From the NCBI GenBank assembly GCA_010356995.1, contig ML996705.1, forward strand, positions 632,539 through 696,538: DNA of 64,000 nt. The letters are read 5' to 3'. This stretch comes from Trichodelitschia bisporula (lineage: Eukaryota). Of this stretch, positions 56,757 to 64,000 are shown piece by piece (the first letter of the stretch is position 1; each line of letters opens with the position of its first letter). A model generated the notes under the pieces. That model worked only from the letters and a program-made list of their open reading frames with translations, searched no databases and had not been told where the DNA came from. A program made the position numbers and the translations under genes.

Positions 56757-56803
56757 GTCAGTATCCGCCGTTGAACTTGTAACAAGGACAAAAACGAGAC
56801 CGC

Positions 56804-56896
56804 TTCCGGTACCGGGAATCGAACCCGGGCCTACCCGGCGCCGAAGCTGACTCTACTGATGAGAGCGGGTGATCCTAGCCACTAGACCATACCGGA
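56804..56896 (-). tRNA. tRNA-Glu(CTC) with 21-nt intron
   Basis: TCCGGTATGGTCTAGTGGCTAGGATCACCCGCTCTCA-[intron]-CCGGGTAGGCCCGGGTTCGATTCCCGGTACCGGAA, T5 shortly downstream. Confidence 0.95.
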
Positions 56897-57219
56897 TATT
56901 TGACGCCAAAATTCAAATGTTCCATAACTCACCAGCACTCGGAACCTAAGGTTCAGGAAACCATCTGCTAACTTGCTACGGGGTGCGCTCTAATAAGCAG
57001 GGAGAAGCAGATATCGTTTCTGACGTTCCTTACCAGCGGAGAATCCTGCTGTGGTGTCGTGGACGGCAGTCACCTATTCGAGCGGCCCCTGCTCCAAAAG
57101 GAGATGGCGATCTGGCCCGTGCCGTCTTGGCCCATGTTTACACCTCCGATCGCACTCCGCATCCAACGTCACCAACGCCGCCCCGCAATGAACCTCAGCT
57201 CTGTCAATCGACCCTCTTC

Positions 57220-59045
57220 ATGTTTCTCCTCCTGATTCTCGCTCTTACAGCTCTCTGTGCCGCGGCCTCTGAGTACCACGAGCGCCTGCTCCTGCGACCG
57301 CTCCCGCAGAACGCGCTGCTCGCGAGCTTCAACTTTCGGAGCAACTCGTCGCAACAGTCCTTTGACCAGCAAAACTTCCGCTACTTCCCCCGCTCGCTCG
57401 GGCAGATCCTGCAACATGCTCACACCAAGGAGCTGCACCTACGCTTCAGTCTCGGCCGCTGGGACGCAGAAGTATGGGGGGCGCGGCCGTGGCATGGCGC
57501 GCGCGAGGGCGGGAACGGCGTTGAATTGTGGGCGTGGGTAGAGGCTGAGTCGGACGATGAGTTAGTCCATCGCTTCACACAATAAACTTTTGCTGACCAG
57601 CAGGGCCAATGCACGCTGGTCGACTCTCACGAATGCGCTTTCCGGCCTGTTCTGCGCATCCCTTAACTTCATCGACTCGACGCGCACCATCAGGCCCGTC
57701 ATGTCCTTCGAGCCCGAAGGGACCCACGCGAATGCATCTCTGCAGCTGCTACACGGCACGTTACCACATGAGGTGGTGTGTACGGAAAACTTGACGCCAT
57801 TTGTGAAGCTGCTGCCGTGTAAGGGCAAGGCGGGCATTTCGAGTTTGCTCGACGGGCACAAATTGTTCGACGCGTCCTGGCAGGCAATGGCGATCGACAT
57901 CCGGCCAGTTTGTGAAAATGGAGAATGCGTGTTGGAAATCGAGCAGACGGTCGACATGGTACTGGACCTGGACCGGTCAAAGCGGCCGCGTGGTACGTGC
58001 TTTGGCATTCGGTCTTCACCGCTGACGAGCAGACAATCCCATCCCGCGCCCGTTACCGACGGAAGACCTAGAGTGCGACACCTCAAAGCCCTACCACGCT
58101 GAGGACTCGTGCTATCCGCTTGACAAGGGCACCGAGCCGGGCTGGTCGTTGGAGCAAGTTTTTGGCCGGGCGATCAAGGGCTCATGTCCTTTGAGCACCG
58201 AGTGGTGGGGCGATGAAATGATGGCCGGAGGGAAAACGGTGTGCATCAACGTGGACCCGGAGCGGACAGTGGATGTCCGCAGCGCAAAGCCGTACGGCGA
58301 AGTCAAAGAAGGCCACATGCGCTGCTACCAGTTGCCCGATGGCACCGATTTCGACCTCGAGCTTCATGAGGAGGTCATCCCGCCCATACCTTTGGATCAG
58401 CCACCGCTGCACGCTGCGCGTGCTATCACCGGCTATGGTCAAGAGCGCGGCGGTGTCGAGTCAGTGTTCACAAACCCGTCACTGACGGAGACGCTCGAGA
58501 TCGTGTATCTCGAGTCCCTGCCATGGTACATGAAGCCTTACATCCACACCCTCAAAGCGCGCCTTTCGCCCGCGGCAGCTCTTGACCCAATCAAGGAGAC
58601 ATATTACCGTCCTGCGTCGGACCGGCACCGCGGCACGCACCTTGAGCTGCTGCTCACGATCCCGCCGGCGTCGACGCTGACCCTTAGCTACGACTTTGAA
58701 AAGGCCATCCTGCGCTACACCGAGTACCCGCCGGACCCGAACCGCGGCTTTGACGTGGCGGCTGCTGTGGTGCGTCTCGTCAGTGGCGGCCGGCCCGAGT
58801 ACCTGCGCACGACGACCCTGCTGCTGCCACTGCCCACGCCGGATTTTAGCATGCCATACAACGTCATTATCCTGACGAGCACGGTCATGGCACTGGGGTT
58901 TGGGAGTATCTTCAATCTTCTAGTGCGGCGGCTCGTGGCAGCAGATGAGGTGCCGCCGACGCCGTTGGTTCTGGCACTGGCGCGAGTGAGAGGGCGGGTT
59001 GGCGCGGCACTGCGGGGATTATTGCGGAAGGGTAAAAAGGAATAG
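57220..59045 (+). CDS. GPI16: GPI transamidase subunit PIG-T/Gpi16
   Basis: Signal peptide, LSGLFCASLNFID, EVVCTENLTPFVKLLPC, EYPPDPNRGFDV, LPTPDFSMPYNVIILT, TM segment, dilysine tail KGKKE. Introns 57561..57603 and 57993..58032. Confidence 0.95.
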
Positions 59046-59535
59046 GTTGGCACTGGGGATATGGTGTTACGGCGTCATTGCGTAATGAAGCATGTTGTCT
59101 CTTTGCCTGTCACTGTTTGAGATACGCTCTTGAATGTACGCCTGGGCGTTGGTTGAACGAAGTTGGCTCGGAAGCCACACCTGAAGATGCAAGTCACTAC
59201 ACAGGTATCCAGCCTTGGACACCACCTCGTATCTCAACTGGCAGCATTCGAAAGATGGACAGGGATGTCCGCTCTTGCGGAAAGAGGATGCAGCACCGAT
59301 GGCTCTTTCTGCGGCTCCTTGCAAGGAAGGCGTGGATGGCTGGTTGTGGAAACTAGGTACGTCACCACCGCCCCAGCAGCTCATCTAGAGGAAGGTGCAG
59401 ATGCTCGTTGCTGCCGAAAGCGAGGACAGCATCCATGGCTCCTTCTGATGTCTCTCACAAGGAAGGTGTGGTGGTCCCTTCCTTCCGAAGTGACGAGTCC
59501 TCTGAACTTCGGCCTCGCACCTCGCCACCGACTAT

Positions 59536-60051
59536 TTGAACAGCGCCCGCCCCTCTCTCTTCCAACTTTCATCCTCATCGTTCAAACCATCCCGCTTCCG
59601 CGGTTTCCTCCCCTACCTATCAACCCTTTCCTGCTTCGACGTGCTGCACTTGTTTTGCTGCGAGGAAGGCTTCTTCCATCAGCTCAACTCCGGAACCAAT
59701 ATTATCGGCATATCTCGCGGCACACCGTTTCTTCATCGCAACCACACAGCATCCATCGGTAATCACCCGAGCCACTACCCCTTTCACACCGGCAAAGCAA
59801 GCATGAGGACAGGTACGCGTGGGAGCGACGCCGGCGCTGGTGGGATGACCGGTACGAGTGATAAAGCGGCCGACAGCGGGGTCAACAAAGCGTGGGACGC
59901 CTCTTCCGACGAGAGCGAAGCGGAGCCCATACCACTGCCACCCGGAATGCCTCGCCTGCCACCGAATGCGCCACTTCAGACTTTCACGGAATACCCTACT
60001 TTCTTCACACCGGCGGCCCCCCCTCAGCCCAAGCGGCGGCCTAAAACATAG
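59536..60051 (+). other. Possible small hypothetical ORF or relic
   Basis: Protein-like Pro-rich C-terminal part (DESEAEPIPLPPGMPRLPP..), but no clear start or family. Confidence 0.2.
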
Positions 60052-61278
60052 ATGGATGAGCATCAGGCGCAGAATCTACAGCATCTTTACAACTTGGGCG
60101 CACGAGCAATGCGCTAGCTTCTCTCCTCAAGTAAAAAATCTTATTGCTGTTCCCAAATTTCTCTCAGGTGCGGACTCCAGTGCTAGAAATGGTCCGCCTC
60201 TGACCGCTTGCTTTTGCATCCTTTTCCCTCCGCGGGTCCAGATATTTTGCTGCACCGGGGCCTGTTGCGGCTGCTAGAACTAGAACTAGACTGATCTGTT
60301 CTGACCTAGGCCAGCTTGCAACTTCTTAGCCTTTCATCCTGAGCAGTGGGTCTTTGTCATTGACTGCAACTTTCCGTCGCCAGACAGATCATTGCCAGCT
60401 GACGAACTGGTCTGCTAGTGAGCACAGGGTTGGCAAGCGGCGAGTCCGTACTGCTGTCAATCGAGCTTCTCACTGGCGAACTTCTTGATGGGCTTGTCTC
60501 AGCGCAGTATCCATTTCATACGGCTACAGGTCCCACAGACATGATAAGATTCTGTTCGACCGTACGTCGCTTCATAGGGATTGCAGAAAAAGGTAAATGT
60601 CATGATGGCTGGCTGTTCATGCTGCTATCGCCGGAATTTATGCTCCGACCTGCTGGCTGGGATACATAATTTAAGGGCAACTTGTACATCGGTAGATGAC
60701 AATATTGACGCGGCTAAACATGGCATGCGAATGGCAACGTAAAATCAAGCGAGCTGGCTTGACGTGGTGCTCTAGTTCTAAGAGGCAACTGACACTTGAT
60801 GATAGCTTTCCATCTACGGAGTAGGCACCAGAGCTGTACGGCAACTCCACCAGCAGATGTTTGGCGTTGCATGGAGACAGTGGAATTAACAGTGGCGTAA
60901 AGTGGCGAAACCACAGGGTTTGCGTCATCCCTCGTACTGAGGAACCGTCAGCTTCACAGCCTTACCTCTGCGTGTATGTGCCGCGTGAGCAGCAAGCAAT
61001 GGAAGAGGCAAGAGAGACGTGAATAATCGCCTCCAGCAAGCGCGTATCTCCAGCAAACGCGCGAACGATCAAAGGCACTTGAGTTCACACCAATCGGAAC
61101 CGTCGGCCTCCCCCACTTTTCCCTGGACTTCACTCGAAAGCCTGTGCTCAGCCACACTCACCCGCAAACCACATCACATCACATCCCCAAAGTCCCTCAT
61201 CTTGCACTGCAGTCTCCGCTTCGTTCTCTCCAGTAACCATACCTCCTCTTCCTCCACCCCCGCCAATCCTCCGTCAAG

Positions 61279-62638
61279 ATGCCTCTCGGAATGAACAATC
61301 CGCTCCCCTCTTCTATGAAGAGTGCGTTCCCCGCCCTCACACATCCCCCGCTAACCGGTTAGGCGAGTGCAAGAAAGCCGGCAAGATCCTCGCGTCCTTT
61401 GTCGACCCTAACCAGTCTTTCGGCCCTGATAAGATAATTCCGCCCTCGGTACTTGCCCATGCAAAGGGCCTCGCCGTCATTACCATCTTCAAAGCCGGCT
61501 TCCTCGGGTCAGGCCGCTTCGGCTCCGGCATCGTTGTTGCGCGGCTGCCCGATGGCTCGTGGTCGGCCCCCAGTGCTATCGCGACCGTCGGCGGCGGTTT
61601 CGGCGGGCAGATCGGCTTTGAGCTGACGGACTTTGTCTTCATCCTCAATGACCCCTCCGCTGTGCGGTCCTTTGCGCAAGCTGGCTCCATAACCTTGGGC
61701 GGGAACGTGTCCATCGCTGCGGGGCCCGTCGGCCGCAACGCCGAAGCTGCTGGCGCCGCCAGCCTCAAGGGCGTTGCGGGAGTGTTCGCCTACTCCAAGA
61801 CCAAGGGCTTGTTTGCTGGCGTGTCACTCGAGGGGTCCGTGCTCATCGAGCGCCGCGACGCAAATGAGAAGATGTACCACCGCCGCGTGACGGCCCGCGC
61901 CCTGCTCGAAGGCCAGGTTCCCGTGCCGCCCGATGCCGAGTCGCTCATGCGCGTGCTCAATTCCCGCGTGTTCGCTGGCGTGGCTGCCGCGACGGGCGAC
62001 GCTGTGTACAATGACATCCCGGTGTACGATGACGCGCACGAAGACGTGGTGTGGCAAGGCCGGACGGGCAGCGCGCTAGGTGAAGACGGACGCACCGGCG
62101 ACGCATCCTCACCGACGCAGGCCCGCTTCGGCCAAAAGACTTCACGCAGCAATACGTGGCAGGACGATGTATACGGCCGCCCGCCGGCGCAGGGGATCAA
62201 TCGCCACAGCACGTACGCACACGCAAACACCGGCAACGCAAACACCAGCAACGCGCGCGCTAACCCGGACGAGACTTTTGACCGCATGGGTGGGCGCTCG
62301 CGCGGCATCTCGGAGCTGGACAGCGGCTACAGCACGGGCGAGAAGGTGCGGCCACCGCGGCCAGCGGCGCCGAAGCCAGTGTTTGGGGCCGCAAAGCGCG
62401 CGAGCCTCGGGCCCAACCAAGTGCTTGCCAAGTTCACCTTTGAGGGCGAGCAAGATGGGGATCTGAGCTTCAAGAAGGGCGACGTGATAACGATCATCAA
62501 GCGGACGGACAACGACACCGACTGGTGGACGGGGCGGGTTGGGGACAAGGAGGGCATATTTCCGAGGTGAGTTGTGTGGGTCCGGATGAGCCGAACAGTA
62601 AAGCTAACGTGGACAGCAATTACGTCGAGAAGCAATAA
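61279..62638 (+). CDS. YSC84: Ysc84/Lsb3-like actin-patch protein (SYLF/YAB + SH3)
   Basis: NNPLPSSMKSECKKAGKIL, KAGFLGSGRFGSG, GFELTDFV, YSKTKGLFAGVSLEG, SH3 AKFTFEGEQDGDLSFKKGD..WWTG..GIFPSNYV. Introns 61322..61362 and 62567..62616. Confidence 0.94.
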
Positions 62639-63302
62639 TGCAGGCAATTAGGACGTGGAAGTGAGTGATAGCGGAATGAAAGCAATTTCGTTGAGATGTT
62701 TGACATTCGGCATTGCACTAGCGTGGCGTTTGGGAGGATGTTGGATATCTTTTGCTTCATATTGCTTTCTTGGCTTTGGGTGCGGTGGCTATATGTGCAG
62801 ATGACGGCCTAGTTACTGAAGCGAGGAATATACCGGCCGCACGGCCTTGATTGTTGTCCGTTGTACAGGAGTTCAGTGGTTACACTGCACGGCTGAGCCG
62901 TCGTATTGCGTGGAATCGGCTTAGCTGCCGACGGTGGAAGCTAGTGGTGAAGCGGTGATCGGTGGTGGTGGATGGGCGGTGGGGTGGTCTGGTCAAGTAG
63001 TGCGGACGGGTGGTGCTGACGAGCGGTGCCCTGGAAATATATGTTGAATTCACAACTGGCGGGCATCAGAGCCTAAAGGAGGTGGGAATGTCAGCCTTTC
63101 TCAGAAAGGGCAGCTCTCCATTCTTCTGTGATGAAGTGAATGCCGGATTGCTAGACCAAACCCGGAAAGAAGCACGGCGATGGATACCAGAGCCCCGCCG
63201 AACCATTAAAGGCTCAACTAAGCGCAGTTTAACGGTCATAGACTGCGGGGTTGGGTAACGCTTCCATTCTGGCACAGATTTGCGGGTGTAACGCCTGAGG
63301 GG

Positions 63303-63310
63303 TTATAAAG
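63303..63310 (+). promoter_or_regulatory. TATA box of the secreted-protein gene
   Basis: TTATAAAG about 50 nt upstream of ATG 63354. Confidence 0.55.
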
Positions 63311-63353
63311 CGCCATCTCCTCTTCTTTCCCCAGAGCACGTCCACCACCGACC

Positions 63354-64000
63354 ATGCTTCGCTTTCTCTTCCTCTGCTTCCCCTTTGCCAATGCCGCCAC
63401 GCTCTTCACAGCCGTGGCGGCCTCGGGCAACACGGACATTCACATGGCACCCCTCGCGGCTTCGGCCCAGCATCTGTGGCTGCACCGCGACACGTCGGCC
63501 TACTGTCCCAACGAACCGGACCAATGCCCGCCAGGCAATCTGACGGCTTTTGGCATGGCCGACTCGCTCGAAGGGACGCTGTCGATGGACGTTGCCGTGC
63601 CGGGAGGCCAGCGGGGTGAGTCGGGGGTTAGGGTTAGGGTTAGGGTTGGATGATGCTGATGGTCACAGTATTCGTCAACCAAGGCGGCGAAATCAAGTAC
63701 ACACTCCCTCATTCAGCCGCCGTGGACACCAACTCGAGCATCTCTGGCTGGCAGCTGACCCCGTCCGTGATGTCGGGCTTCGGGAAGCTCTCGTGGGCGC
63801 CGGAGACGGGCGGCGCGAGTGGCGGCTTCGTGGCGTGTCCCGGGGAAAGTGGATCTGGGGAGTGGACGGTGCTGGCTATGATGGGGGACGATGGTACGTC
63901 GTTTGTGACGGCGGGATGCTCGCTGATGGAGGTGCTGGTACCGATGACGGCGGACGGCGGGTACGGCATCGACGGACCCGCGGCGTGGGAGTATGAATGA
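63354..64000 (+). CDS. Small secreted cell-wall protein (IgE-binding/PhiA-like family)
   Basis: Signal peptide, TSAYCP..CPPGNLTAF, LSMDVAVPGGQR-intron 63616..63668-VFVNQGGEIKYTLPHS, GFVACP, C-terminal AAWEYE. Confidence 0.85.
63625..63647 (+). repeat. (GGGTTA)3GGGTT telomere-type repeat inside an intron
   Basis: gggttagggttagggttagggtt between the GTGAGT donor and the GCTGAT branch site. Confidence 0.9.

Noticed and set aside
40771..62638. A membrane-trafficking gene cluster (ArfGAP, SFT1, YSC84 with VPS27/DOA4)
   Set aside because: A large functional class spread over 40 kb among unrelated genes. Only the VPS27-DOA4 pair was kept.
21051..62647. Numerous long antisense or overlapping ORFs (e.g. 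21051..21917, 32559..33560, 41373..42482, 48441..49355, 50627..51598)
   Set aside because: Shadows of GC-rich coding sequence with no independent motifs.
1..64000. CRISPR arrays, rRNA, intact transposons, secondary-metabolite backbone genes
   Set aside because: No repeat-spacer arrays, rRNA-like sequence, transposase/RT/integrase motifs or PKS/NRPS domains were seen.

Overview
Gene-dense chromosomal DNA of a filamentous ascomycete (Pezizomycotina). The evidence is short 40-60 nt introns with CTRAC branch points and typical fungal gene families; finer taxonomy cannot be assigned from sequence alone. About 22 apparently intact protein genes can be modelled by hand. They include a PNP-NACHT-WD40 NLR running off the left edge, HOT/ADHFE1, a 2OG-Fe(II) oxygenase, GMPPA, GH114, a LysM protein, VPS27, DOA4, COX15, DUG2, a RING-H2 ligase, an ArfGAP, SFT1, a MOCOS-like PLP enzyme, NDUFS3, NOT4, LUC7, GPI16 and YSC84. 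Three intron-containing tRNA genes (Cys, Gly, Glu) are present. Between the core genes lie many decaying genes: a patatin, an Mx-like dynamin, a tandem-domain protein, an F-box-like relic and an orphan with one internal TAG. Most notable: (1) stem-loops in the 3' trailers of all three tRNAs, the clearest being a ~78-nt hairpin ending in T6 behind tRNA-Glu (candidate tRNA-linked small RNA or fail-safe Pol III terminator); (2) two alternative C-termini of NOT4 via a 546-nt coding intron; (3) an inverted copy of the 2OG gene's 3' end marking a probable inversion breakpoint; (4) putative 3'UTR introns in LUC7; (5) a telomere-type G-quadruplex motif inside a 53-nt intron; (6) a strong C-rich-to-G-rich polarity across many genes. 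No intact transposon, rRNA or CRISPR array was seen. All family calls come from motif recognition by eye, not database searches.
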